DNA from: Chrysochromulina tobinii
Lineage: Eukaryota
Assembly: GCA_001275005.1 (NCBI GenBank)
Contig: JWZX01003412.1
Location: 1-64,000 of the forward strand
Length of the DNA stretch: 64,000 nt
Direction of reading: 5' to 3'
This document shows positions 11,933-23,948 of the stretch, one piece after another. Each line of letters begins with the position of its first letter. Position 1 is the stretch's first letter. The notes beneath the pieces were generated by a model, which was not told where the DNA came from, did not search any database, and saw only the letters and a program-made list of their open reading frames with translations. Both the position numbers and the translations under genes were made by a program.

Positions 11933-12174
11933 TCAGTCAGACCCGGCCACCATGCTTCGCGGCGCCTTTTTGGGCGCGGTGCAATCAACCTTTCCTGTAT
12001 GTTATTTCTCCCCTCTGAACCGCCTGGGTGTCGCGTCCGGTGCACAGGCTTTGGAAATTCATTTCCAAAAGAATACCGGGTAGTCTTCGAAGCCTCAAAT
12101 TCAACCTCTCCCGCGACCGCAACCTGCTCAGCGTCAGGAGCTGCCATCCAAACCCACCGCAGCACCTCCCGTCG

Positions 12175-15100
12175 ATGAAAGCCGTCCCGCGACGTCCGCG
12201 CGACCCTCGCGAGATTACGCACGATGCCTCCGACCTATGGTTCAACGCGCTCCACGGCGACGCCGCCGAGGTGGCCAACGTCATCCGCTCCGTGCCCGAT
12301 GGAGCAGTCAACCATCGCGGCGTGCGCCAGTGGACATGCCTTTTCGCGGCGGCGACGCGCGGCCACGTTGAGGTCGCCAGGCTGCTCCTTGAGCACGGTG
12401 CCGATCCGGAGCTCGAGATGGAGCAAGGATGGCGCGCGCTCATGACAGCAGCACAGCAAGGCTTTGCCCCGATCGTGCAATTGCTGCTCGAGCACGGCGC
12501 AGACCCAGGCGCCAAGAACAAGAACGGCGACACGGCGCTCACGCTGGCCGAGGCGGCGAACCACAAGACGGCGCTGGCGCTCTTGCGAGCGCCCCCGCCC
12601 GCGCTCAAGAGCGTGCAGCCGCCGGAGACAGAGCCGTCCCTCGCACCCGCCGCGCCATTCGTTCTTATTCTGCCACCCGCGCCCGCACCGGCGCCGGCGC
12701 CACTCGCCTCGATCGAGGAGGAGCAGGAGGCCGCCAATGTCCGCGAGGTCGTCTCGCGGCGCGAACGGCTCGCGGCCCGCCTCTCGGCGGAGATCGGTGG
12801 CATGAAGACAGAACGGGCCACTTCTCTAGAGCCGGCGAATGTGCCTGCCGAGAGCGCTCTGCAGATCGTCAAGGGCCCCACGGACGCCGAGCTGAGGCAG
12901 ATGCGCGTGAAGCAAATGCGCGAGGAGCAGCGAGCGGCCGTAGCTGCGGCGTTGGCTGCAAGAACACCGACAGTGCCGTCGCCGGCACCAAATGCCGCGT
13001 CGGCGCCTGCAACCCCTTCCGCCATACTCTCGAAGTCTCCTGCGTTTCGCAGCGGCGCCACCACGCCGATGACACGTGGCACGCCAGCCGCTCCGTCCAC
13101 GGCCGGATCCACGAGCAGCGCTGCGCCGACAGTGCTCGTGACGCTCTCGCGGACTCCAAACGAAAGCCTCGGCCTTGGGCTCGGCTTCGATGGCGACGAC
13201 GTGGTGGTAAAGGCCATTGGCAAGGACACGCCGGCGATGCGCTGTGGACTGCTGCGCGAGGGCGATCGCGTGGTGTCGATCAACGGCGAGCCGGTGAGCG
13301 CAAGATCCGACATTCGTGCGCTCATGACGGCCTCCTCCGCAGTCACACTGGAGATCGAGCGCGCAGTCGAGTACGACGACGTTGACGAGACCGAGGAGGC
13401 GCCAGAGTCCGTTTCCCCACAGGCGCCAGAGTCCATGCCAGCACCCGCGCCAGCACCGGCACCGGCCCTGGCGAACGCAGAGACTCTACTGCGAGTGCGC
13501 GTGGCGGCTGCAGCTCTCTCCACCGAGCCCTCTGCTGCCGCCGCAGCGGCTGCAGCTGCCGCGGCGGAGCGCCTTGCTGCGGCGCGGGCGGAGGCGGAGG
13601 CGGAGCGCCTAGAGGCTCTACAAGAAGAAGCGGAGCGGGCCGCGCTACTGGCGGCGGCGGTGCCGGCGCAGATTGCGGCCATTGCTGCGGATGAGGCGGA
13701 GGCCAAAGGACCGCATTCCCCGGCGGAGGAGCTGGTGGCCGAGGCGAAGCGGCTCATGGCTGAGGTCGATGCGAGCGACGCGACCGGGTTCGCGATGAGC
13801 GAAGCAGAGGCGGAGTGCCTGGCCGCAGAGGCGGACCAAATGGCCGAAGCAATGTACGCCCAGGCGCAGCTATCGGCAGATGAGACGGCGGCAGAGAGCA
13901 CAGCTACGGAGGAGGCCGAGCATATGGCTATGGATGAATATGCGGCCGAAGGGGTCCAAGCGATGTACGTGCAGGAAAAGCTGACGGAGGTTGAGGCAGC
14001 GAGGACAGCGGCAGAACATGCTCATAGCATGCACAGGGAGAGCTTGACATACACCGAAGAGGCGCCCGTGACGGCGCCGTCGCGTGCGCCTGCGCTGTGG
14101 GCGATTGCTCGCAACGCGGTCAGAGTCGCGGTGACTCTCGTGCGGACTCCGAACGAAAGCCTCGGCCTGGGGCTCGACTTTGATGGCGATGCGGTGGTGG
14201 TGCAGGCGATCGGCGAGAATTCGCCGGCATGGCGTTCGGGGCAGCTGCGCACGGGTGATCGCGTGGTGGCGATGAACGGGGAGCCGGTAAGCCCCGCGTC
14301 CGACTTGGGTGCGCTCCTCAAGCACGCTACCACGGTCACTCTGGAGGTCGAGCGCGCGCCCGCGGTCGCTGAAGCGCAGCCGTCGCCGCGCACGGGAACC
14401 ACCTCTGTGAAGTCCATGCGTGCTGTCCTCGCGGCTCATTTCCAGCGTGACGCCAAGCCGCCCGTACCGACAGCTGGCGCCGCCAAGCCGCCCGTACCCG
14501 TAGCTGGCGCCGCCAAGCCGCCCGTACCCGTAGCTGGCGCCGCCAAGCCGCCCGCGCCGGCTATCGGTACGCCCGCGCCGGGCGCATCGAGCGTCGCGGC
14601 GGAGGCAGCGAAGCTCGCCCAGCAGAAGCTCAAGGCATGGGATCATCTCGTCTCGCCTCTCGAGCAGCGCGCAGCGGCCGCCTGAGCCGCAGCTGCGCAG
14701 CCATCTGAGCCGCGAGGGCCGACGCGATTTGCGACGCTGCGCCCTGTGAATGCGCCGGAGGGTGGCACGGGCTCAGATGGCGCGCTCGCGCCGTCCAATG
14801 CGCAGTCCTCGGCTGCGGCGGACGAGGAACCGAAACGCACGCCGAGAGTGGGTCGCGCGTGGCTGGCCGCCCAGATCGCAAAGCTCGAGCAGGGCGCTGA
14901 GAACGCCCCGCCGCCGTTGCCGTATGACGAGCCGCGGCTCTTCGATAAGAGATCGCTCTTCGGCTACGGCCGCATCCGCGAGAACGCTCGCCAAAGCATC
15001 GTGAATGCGTCGCCTTCGGTGCCGCCTACCGTCTCGCCTGCCGTTTCGTCTCATCTCGGCCCGTCACCCACCGTCTCGCCTCCCCTCGGAACGCCGCCCA

Positions 15101-18100
15101 TGGCGCAAGCGCAGGCATCGTCACACGAGGTGCAAGCGATTCAGGCAGCGCTGGCAGAGGCACATGCCAATGTGAGCCGGCGGTTCAGGCGTCGACGCTG
15201 CCGGAGCCAATGAGCGCCGTGGTGAGCGCGCGGCGCCCTTCCTCTTTTGGGACGGTGCTCGATCCACCTCCGTCCCTCCGCGCAAACCCGTCGCCACTGG
15301 CCGATGACAACGCGCAGCTGCTGCCCCTCTCGGCGCGCTCGTCGGCGCCCGTCTCGGCGCGTGGCTCCGCGCCCGTCTCGGCGCGTGGCTCCGCGCCCAA
15401 CTCAGCGCGTGGCTCCGCGCCCAACTCGGCGCGTGGCTCCGCGCCCAACTCGGCGCGTGGCCCTGGCTCGGCGCGCGGTCCTGGCCCTGTCGAGGTGGAG
15501 GCGATGCGCCGGTCGTCGCTCGAGCGCCGACTCAAAGCGTTCGAGACGGCGGCGGCGGATGAGGCGCTGCTGACGGAGCAGGGACAGGCGGCCCTCGCCG
15601 AGCTCATCCAAGATGCTGTACGCATGCGACTACCCCCCGCGCTCACCGCGACGGCGCGTCGGAAGCTCCACGCAGCCAAAGAGGGGTACCAAACCCCACA
15701 CGGGTACACGCCGATGGGGTACAAGAAGGTCCACGTTGGCGGCGGCGAGACGCTACGCATGCGCCCGATGCCCGCGCTCGGGAGCATCACGCCCCAGGCG
15801 GACCTGTATGTGTTCTCAGCCCGTGCGACGTCCGCCCGAGGGGAGGGCGCGCGCGCCCAGTACGGCGCCCAGGACCTCGAGCCCCTCGCGGTCTCGGAGA
15901 CGGAGGAGGCGGCGCCGTATCGGGCGCTGGCGGCCGATCAGAAGGGCGCGAGTGCATCCGTCGTTGCGACGCCGCCAGCCCCAGCGCCTCATGCAGCCCC
16001 AGCGCCTCTTGCAGCCTCAGCGCCGATGCAGCCGGCGCCGGGGGACACGCGGCGGCCTTCCTCCTTCGGCACGGTCCGACTAAGTGTTGGCGCAGCTCCG
16101 ACGCCGATGCAGCCGACGCCGATGCAGCTGGGGGTCGCACGGCGGCCTTCCTCCTTTGGCACGGTCCAAGGTGTGCGTCCCAGCGCCGCCAACAACGCGA
16201 TGCACACGCCGCAGTATGAGATGTCTGCGCACGAGGCCGCGCACATGGACACACGGACTCCGTGGACGCACCCATCGACAAACCTGCCAGGCGTCGCTCT
16301 AGAGGCCGAGGCAGTCGATGAGACCGCAGTGGCGGCGGAGTCCGAAATGGCACTGATGGCGGTGGAGGCAGACCCCGCCGGCGCCGCCCCCGTCAACGAC
16401 GACGCCGACGACGCCAACTCGCAAAACCCATGGATTGAATCTGACCAACCATGGATTGAATCTGACGAGGCGCTTCTAAAGGCTTCCGCCTCGCTTCTCC
16501 GTTCTCAGCGCTTTGGAGGGGAGATCGAGTCATCACCTCTCCAGCCGCCTCTGGCGGCGGGGGTGGCGGCCGCGGAGCCCACTCCCTTGGTCGAGAGGCG
16601 TCGATTCTCGAGCTTCGCGGACGCCGCCGCGGTGCCGACGCATCGATTCTCGAGCTTCGGGACCGCGATGGGTGTCGCAGAGGATGACTCCTTCTCGCCG
16701 GTGCGGACGAGGGGTGCCGTGGCAGGCGACCCGGCCGAGGGGATGTGGACTTTCGCGCCCCTGCGTCACGGCGGCGGTGCCGAGTTCCGGCGCGAAGTAC
16801 GCGCCGCCACGAGCCAAGAGGTACCCGGCTACGCCGTGGCAGGCGGCGACTCTGCCCAGAGCTCCTCGGCGAGGGGGTCCCCCAGCGCCTATGATGTGGA
16901 TGGATGGCCTCACTGGCCGAGGGCCAAGCTCGGTGCCGAGTCGCTGCTGGGTGCCGAGTCGGTGGCGGCCTCGGCGACGGCCTCGTGCACCTCGTCACGA
17001 TGGTGCTCCTCGTCCTCGTCGATTGCCTCGCCGACAGCCCCACCCTCCGCCCCGGCTTTCGCGGAGTTGTTCGACAAGCACGTGTCCACGGGCGTGGCCC
17101 CGGGGGTGGCCCCGCCTGCCGCGCGCCCACTGCCACCGGCGGTGGCGCTGCCACCGCAGTGCCGTGCGTCGGTCATTGGCTCCGCAGGCAGCGTGGGTAG
17201 TGGTTCGAGTGCCGGCGTGAGCACCGGCAGCCCCGCCCACGTCGGCTCACTCAGCGATCGGATCGAGATCGGGATGCCGCCGATTCCGGCTGCCGACGCG
17301 GCGCGCGCGCTCGCGGACTGCGAGCAGGAGCACATGAGCGTTGTCGCATCGAGCCGGCGTGTGAACAACGTGCCCGCCGAAGCGCGCGCTCGCGCCGCCC
17401 TCACCATCATCAGCGAGACGACTGTGAGCTTGACCGCGCTGCTCTTGGCCACGTATGAGGCAGATGCAGCCGAGGCCGCCGCCGCACAAGTGGCGAGTCA
17501 GGCACGCTTGTCCACGCTCGCCAGCGCGACGCGGGCGTGCTGTCGACGCGGCATCCAGGCGCTCGAGGCGCAGCGGGACGGCGTGCACGCGGCGCGTCGC
17601 GCGCGCCTCGGAATCCACGGCCCACCTGACGAGGCGCTGCCGGAGCGGGCTTCCCCACAAGAGGAAGCCGAGCTCGCACGACTCACCGCCAAGATGCATG
17701 CGGCGAGTCAAGCCGCTCAGGCCGCCGCCCGGGCGGCCGTGAGCGCCAAGGGCGCGTCCCCCATTGCCGCCGAGAAGCAGAGGGCGATGCGCGAGTGGCT
17801 CAAGGCGAATGTGAGCCCTCTTGCGGCGGAGGAGATGCGGTTTGGGTCCGAGAGGGCGGCCGAGGGCTTCCTCGAGAACGCCGAGGGGGCAGCGGTGGAG
17901 GCGGAGCGCGCACTGCATGCTTACCAGAACGAGCTGGCGCTGGCGCTGGGCGCAGAGGCGGAGCGACTAGAGCGGACGATCGAGGCGATCGGGCTCGCGA
18001 TGCGCGTCGCAGGCCCAGTGCTCCACCGTGCGGCCAACCAAGTCTCGGTGGTGCTGCGGGCGCTCGGGTTCTTCTCGGGGGGTCTAGTTGAGATGCCTCT

Positions 18101-20093
18101 GCTCATGCTGCCCGTGCGCCTTGACCGGATGATTACGGCGGCTAGTGCCTTGCACACACCTCGCAGCCCGGCCGACGACGACGGTGCAGGTGGAGCGGTG
18201 CGCACCAGCTTTGGCGATGCCTTCACCTACCACCTGGCACGGGGCGAGACGCCGTCGACGCGGACGATGGACGCGGCGGACGACGCCGTCTCGGGCACTC
18301 TCGAGGTGCGCTTCCTGTGCGCGCAGACGCTGCGTGCCGTCGGTGCGCCGCTCCTCATCCCAGATGGGCGCGCCGCGCTGAGCATCGCCGCGCCCGCACT
18401 CAAGCTTTCGCTGTGCGCCATCGAGGCGATACTCATGGCGGGCCGTCCCTTTTCGCCGGACGCGTTGCTTGCGTGCATGGAGCTGGACGAAGCGACCGCC
18501 GCGGCCGCAGCCGCCGCAGAGGCCGCAAGTACACCCCAGTCGGCGGCGGTCGGGGCGGCCGCGGCGGTGCTTGATGCACTCTCGACGACGCATGCGCTCG
18601 TCGACGTCTTCCTCGACCCGTCGCTTTGGAATCCTGCGGACCTCGAGGCCGCTGCCAAGGCCGGCTGGACGCCCGACGGCGTCGAGATTGCGCGCCTGAT
18701 CGCCCTCTCCCTCTCGCATGTATTCCCAACGTTTGGAATGGGTGGCGCCGTGCCGAGCGGTACGTCCTCTGTCGTGAGCTCGAGTCAGCTGCTGCTCACT
18801 CAGGAGCTCACCATCGGTGGCTTCCGGGTGCTTGCGGCGCATGCACACGCGCAAGGCACGCTCGCCCACGGCTGGGAGCGCATGACCGACCTCGCAGGTG
18901 CGAGTGTATGGGTGGGCACGGAGACGACCCAAGTATGGGCGGACGATCTCGGCGCGACGGGCTTCCTGCCGCTTCGCACCAAGCAGCTGCCCACCATTTT
19001 GCCCGTCGCCGCCAGTCTGCCGGCAGAAGGCACGTCGCCGCTGCAGGTGCAGTTACCAGAGAGTCCTGTGCTGAGTGCTGTGCTGAGCGATGCCAGCCGG
19101 CCGCCCTCCATGTCCAGCGCCGGCGCGATCACGTATTCTCTGGATCCGGAGGCTCCGCCTGCACTCTCCGAGGCGTTCACCATCCTGACCAACTCTCTCG
19201 TGGTGGCGAGCAAGCGCTCGGCCGCCCACATCGTCGAGCAATCCGCGAGTGTGACCGCACAGTGCGTCGCCGGAAGCCGCGAAGAGCTCGAGCGGTGGCA
19301 GCGGAGCCGTGAGGCACGCGCCATCGCCAAGTGGGGAGCTCAGGTGCAGGAGAACGTGGTCGCACCGGTCTTTGGCGCGGTGGGTCAGGCAGCCCTCAAG
19401 TGTGGGGAAACCATGGTGGGCGCACTGACCAACCGCGACCGCGACGGCTATCGGCAGGCTATGGAGGCTATGGAGGTGCGCATGCACCAGACGCTCCGCT
19501 CGTCCCTCGATGCGCATCAGCTCTCGATACAGCAGATCGCCCTCCAGCAGATGCAGATACAGATGCAGCAGCAGCAGGCGCAGCTGGCACAGCTCACGCA
19601 TGCACAGCACGCGTACCAGATGCACCAGATGCACGCACCAGACGCACAGCATGCACAGTATACGCAGGCGTACCAGATGCTGCACCCGCAGCCCTTGCTC
19701 GCGGGCGTACCCAGCGCGACCGTCCACTCCGCCACCGCGCTACAGCTCGAGCGCCTCGCGACCGAGCTTGCACGCGTGCACAAGGATCTTGCCGAGGTGA
19801 AGGCCAGCGCCGCGCCTATCGCCCCCGAGGCCGCCGCCGCCATCCGCGGAGCCGTCGGAGCCGCCGTGGCCGCAAGCGCCGCGGCTGATGCCCAGCTCTC
19901 GAAGCTCTCGAAGGTACCCAGCCCTCCGGCCGCGGCGGCGGCAGCCCTCGAAGGCGTTCGAATGGATCGCGCGCGCATGAGCACGCCACCCAAGGGACCT
20001 GTCCCCGACGAGGTGATGAAGGGCGCAATCGTCAAGGGCGCGTGGCCAGTGCGCGTGCTCGAGCTTGAGGAGGGCCCCGACGTGACGGCGTGA
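12175..20093 (+). CDS. Ankyrin-repeat + 2 PDZ domain, Ala/Pro-rich giant protein (interrupted, or two adjacent genes)
   Basis: Ankyrin repeats (GHVEVARLLLEHGADP, GFAPIVQLLLEHGADP) and two similar PDZ domains (SLGLGL...GDRVV..NG). In-frame TGA at 14683-14685, the same frame stays open to 15213, a frame change near 15172 leads into the 1627-aa ORF 15210-20093. Confidence 0.6.
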
Positions 20094-20407
20094 GATAAAT
20101 TGAATATCGATATGTGTCTTGTGAGGCGCATCCTGGAGGCTTCGACAGAGGAGAGATGTGAAGCGCTACAGTAGGGAGAATGTGTCAGTGCCTGTGTGGA
20201 ACGCGTGAATGCGTGTGGTGCCTGTGTCGAGGTTAAAAGAGACTTGACGTCGACAGTATAGAGTATTTTTTCGACGCATTCGACTTTGTTCGCTGTGGGT
20301 CACCTCAGTACGCGCGCTCGGTTACCGTATCGTTAACCGACGACCGACACTTCCACGCGAACGAAACGTCCGTGGATCAAACGACCCGTATCAGACCGCG
20401 GCCCGTA

Positions 20408-21964
20408 TCAGACCCGCCGGATCAGACCCGCCGCCTCCACCGGCACCGCCTCCGCTGCTGCAGCATCTTCCACAGGGGTCGGCTCTAGAGCTCGTGATGA
20501 CTCCTCGACGATGGGCAGCGCAGTTGGTTCGTCACTTGGTTCGTCAGTTGACTCCTCAATGATGGGCTGCGCAGCGTGCACGCGAAACGCGGCTGGCGTC
20601 GTGTCGGTTTCGAAAGCAGCACGAGCAACTGCTAGTGCGGCAGCCTTTGCTGCCGCCTCCACCTTTGCCGCCTCGAGGGCCTCGGCAGCCTTTGCCACCG
20701 CCTCCACCTTTGCCGCCTCGAGTGCCACGGCAGCCTTCGCCGCCGCGTAATACCTCTTGGCCGCCTCGAGTTCGGCTGACGCGGCGGCCAAGGCCGCTTG
20801 CTGCGAAGCCGCTTGCCGCACAGCTTCTTTAGCCCATTTGCAGCGCGTCAAAAGCAGTTTACAGAGATTTTCCTCTAGCACAGATCCGTGATGGCACAAT
20901 TCATCGGGCAGCGACGCGTCGAACATGCATGCAAAGCCGAGCATGATTGCTACCAGCTGCGAACTGCTCGCGCCGCCAAAGATGCGCACAAATGGCTCCG
21001 CAGTCGTGCCTTCATCGATGAAGCTGAGTTCTGCTGCCTGCTCCGCGGCAAGATCAACGTCAGGAACAGCAGCCAGTGCAGATGGCGGCGGGCTCAGAAA
21101 AGCGAGGAGCAAGTCCCTCACGTCACCTCTCAACTGCTCTCGCACCAGCGACTCTAACGTCTGTCCGTGCAGCATGGCGTACTCGTACCGCAGTGCTTGC
21201 GCCGCCTCCAAGTCGGCTGAGCCGATCACTTCGATGAACACGTCCTCACGAAAACGCCGCAAGGGCCGAAGCGCCTGTGCCGTCGTCAGGTCGGCTGAGC
21301 CGATCACGTCGATGAACACGTCCTCACGGATGCACCCGAAGAAGCACGTTTCTCGAGCTGCGTGCAGCTGCCGAGCCTTCCGTGCGGCGTCTGCGTTTCT
21401 CAGACTCCCGCCGCAGCCGTCGGCAGCGCTTGCAGCGCCATCTGGGATCGATTTGAGAACACGTGACACGCGTCGAGAGAGCATGGTCCGCGTCGGCGAG
21501 GCTGGGCACGTACGCTGAATGTGGTGAAGGAGCGTGCGTCTTTCGAAAACCGACTGACCTTCGCCGAGAGCAATGCGTTGCTCATCGAACGCCCGTGCAA
21601 CGACAGCAAGCTTTCTCTCCGGCATACGGGAGAGCACTTGAAGCAAGCCAACCGTTGAGATGTTGTGCAGTTTAGTAGCAGATTCCGCAGCTTCGAGATG
21701 GTTACGCAGCTCTGTCTCAGTGGTGCACGAGGCCGAGGCTGCATTGACCAACATTTCGCCCAGTAGTGATATGGAGAGCTCGGCGAAGCGCTCGTACAAT
21801 GAGCCCGTGTACCCATGTGCTGTCCAAGCATCTGGCAGCCTCTGGAGTGCAGCATCTGGAGTGCAACCGATCAAGGCTGCACCGTCTTCCGCATACTGTG
21901 CGTTGTGCAGCCGTTCGGCGATGATGCGAGCTTCGGCCGCTGGGTCATACGTGGAAGTGTGCAT
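20408..21964 (-). CDS. Divergent annexin-like protein
   Basis: Annexin-repeat pattern ARQLHAA...EDVFIEVIG...ALRYEYAMLHGQTLESLVREQLRGDVRDLLLAFL, plus weaker repeats and an Ala-rich tail. Confidence 0.7.
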   Translation of the reverse strand: MHTSTYDPAAEARIIAERLHNAQYAEDGAALIGCTPDAALQRLPDAWTAHGYTGSLYERFAELSISLLGEMLVNAASASCTTETELRNHLEAAESATKLHNISTVGLLQVLSRMPERKLAVVARAFDEQRIALGEGQSVFERRTLLHHIQRTCPASPTRTMLSRRVSRVLKSIPDGAASAADGCGGSLRNADAARKARQLHAARETCFFGCIREDVFIDVIGSADLTTAQALRPLRRFREDVFIEVIGSADLEAAQALRYEYAMLHGQTLESLVREQLRGDVRDLLLAFLSPPPSALAAVPDVDLAAEQAAELSFIDEGTTAEPFVRIFGGASSSQLVAIMLGFACMFDASLPDELCHHGSVLEENLCKLLLTRCKWAKEAVRQAASQQAALAAASAELEAAKRYYAAAKAAVALEAAKVEAVAKAAEALEAAKVEAAAKAAALAVARAAFETDTTPAAFRVHAAQPIIEESTDEPSDEPTALPIVEESSRALEPTPVEDAAAAEAVPVEAAGLIRRV

Positions 21965-22653
21965 CTGACACGACCAACAAGACCGAGGTCATCACACCAG
22001 CGCGAAAGAAAATGACTTGTACGAAATCTGACGAAACTCGCTTTGAATAATTGCCTTCGAGTCGCACGGGCTACGTGCATTTCGCTTGGCAGCTGCTAGC
22101 TAGTATGTGACCAAATTCCAGAAAGGCCGAGTGTGAGTCGCTTAAGCGCGAACATCAAAATCGCGAACGCACGGCGTCTCGCACGTCTTTCTTTTTGCGT
22201 TCTCCTTGGCGTTCTCGCCAGCTTCCTGCATGCGCCGCTGCTCCGCGATCCTGCTACATTAAACTACATTAAACTAATTGACATCACTCACATCAGGATA
22301 CGTACATGTAACGTATAACAAACCCCACCAAATCGTATTGAATTAACTGAAACCCGCACCTGCATGTTATCATACTGCCAGAGGCACTTACTCCCCCACC
22401 CCTTGTCTCATGTTAGGGGTTTGTTAGGGTCTGGAGTTGGAGCGAGCGAGTGTCTGCAGTTGCATGAGACCAAGGTTCTGTGTCGCAGTTCGGGAACTTA
22501 GTTTTCATTATAGTGTCATTACAATAGCATCATTTAGGAAAGTCGCCGTCGGCGACGAATCCCTAGATCCTAATTCCTGGCTTTTTGTGATTTGTTTTGC
22601 TTCGGGGCCCGAACTATCAGCTTCGGGGCTCGAACTCGCACTGTGCGGGAGTG

Positions 22654-23319
22654 ATGCCGAAGGGGCAGCAGCGGCAGAACGGCCTCGCAGAGTGGGAGGC
22701 TGCGATGATGCTGAGCGACGACGAGGTTGACGATCGGCTGTGGGATGGCGCTTATAAAGATGGCTGGCGCATTGTTCCGAGGGCAGACGCCGAGGGATGT
22801 GCCCGTGGGACCATCCGGTACACCTACGTGGCACCTTCAGGTGAGCGACTTAGGTCCAAGACGGCGGCATACGCCGAAAACGAGGGTACCCGCCTGTTGC
22901 ACCCTGCGACAAGTGACGCGCAGATTTCTCCTATCTCGGCCGCCGCAAAACAAGAGGCCGATGAGGCCGGTCTAGTGCTCGAACGTTCAAAACGCTCAGC
23001 GACGGGCTATAAGAATGTGGTTCGCATCCGCGGCATGCGCAAGCCCTTCAAAGCCGAGATGATGGTCAGCAAGAAGGTCATGAGTCTGGGCTTCTTCTCG
23101 ACTGCGGAAGAGGCAGCACTCTGTTGCGCCCGACAACGCGCAGCGGTGCCAGCAGGGGCCCGATGCCTGCACCTCTCTTTCGCGACTGTGCGCACACAAT
23201 GGCGTTCCGACTGTGTGGACGCAGATCCGGTAGCGACCAAAGTTGGCGCACATCCGGCGGTGGCGGCAGCGTCAGATCCGCCGCCGCCACCACCGCCGCC
23301 GGACGCACGCGCCGCCTGA
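22654..23319 (+). CDS. MBD-like + AP2-like DNA-binding protein, probably truncated or degenerate
   Basis: GWRIV...YTYVAPSGERLRSK (MBD-like) and GLVLERSKRSATGYKNV...KPFKAEM...SLGFFSTAEEAALCCAR (AP2-like). Several stops follow downstream. Confidence 0.6.
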   Translation: MPKGQQRQNGLAEWEAAMMLSDDEVDDRLWDGAYKDGWRIVPRADAEGCARGTIRYTYVAPSGERLRSKTAAYAENEGTRLLHPATSDAQISPISAAAKQEADEAGLVLERSKRSATGYKNVVRIRGMRKPFKAEMMVSKKVMSLGFFSTAEEAALCCARQRAAVPAGARCLHLSFATVRTQWRSDCVDADPVATKVGAHPAVAAASDPPPPPPPPDARAA

Positions 23320-23776
23320 CGCGGCTGCCTAGCGGCTGCCGGTGGCGCGGGCGATGCGGCCCGGTAGTGCAGATAAGTGCAGAGGGTGTGGCCGAGGAAG
23401 GCATTCTCGGCGCTCGGGCACGTCGGTCTCGTCAGCATCGGCGACAGGTCGCCCTTTCAGCTCGCACGAGGGCTACACGAGGGCCGCGCGCACTCGGTGG
23501 AGCCGATGGAGTGTGAGGATGTGTGTACTGGCTACAAGGACTGCGGCAGCGGAAACCGCGTGCGGAACGGCGTGGTAGGTGCTACGCCTGTAGTCCTCGT
23601 GTACATGTTGTAATCGGTATCTCTCGATCTGGGCAACGGGGGGCACGAGCAGTCACATTACGTCTCGACCGTATCTCGACCGCCGCTCCCGGTACGCTTT
23701 CGGCTTTGTGTACTGACTACTGTGACTCATCTCTCGATGTTCGATGGTGTATGTGTCGTGTCCAGTCGCGTAAATG

Positions 23777-23863
23777 TTCTGCTTCAAGCAAGCAAGCAAG
23801 CTAATTAGTCGAAACAACACAAGTACCTAAACGCCTGCTTGCTTGCTAGCTTTCTGCTTCAAG
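23777..23863. mobile_element. Tiny insertion with (AAGC)n...(GCTT)n inverted ends and a 12-bp direct repeat
   Basis: TTCTGCTTCAAG at 23777-23788 and 23852-23863; (AAGC)4 at 23786-23801; GCTTGCTTGCTAGCTT at 23837-23852. Confidence 0.6.
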
Positions 23864-23948
23864 ATCATCACGAGGGTTGCATGCGTTTCGTTTTTTCGAA
23901 AATGCAGTCCAGTTTTCTTTTAGGAGTCTTTGGAGGCCGAGGTTCCTC

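Noticed and set aside
11985..13901. 638-aa antisense ORF and many similar antisense ORFs across the window
   Set aside because: Mirror frames of high-GC genes with recognisable domains on the other strand.
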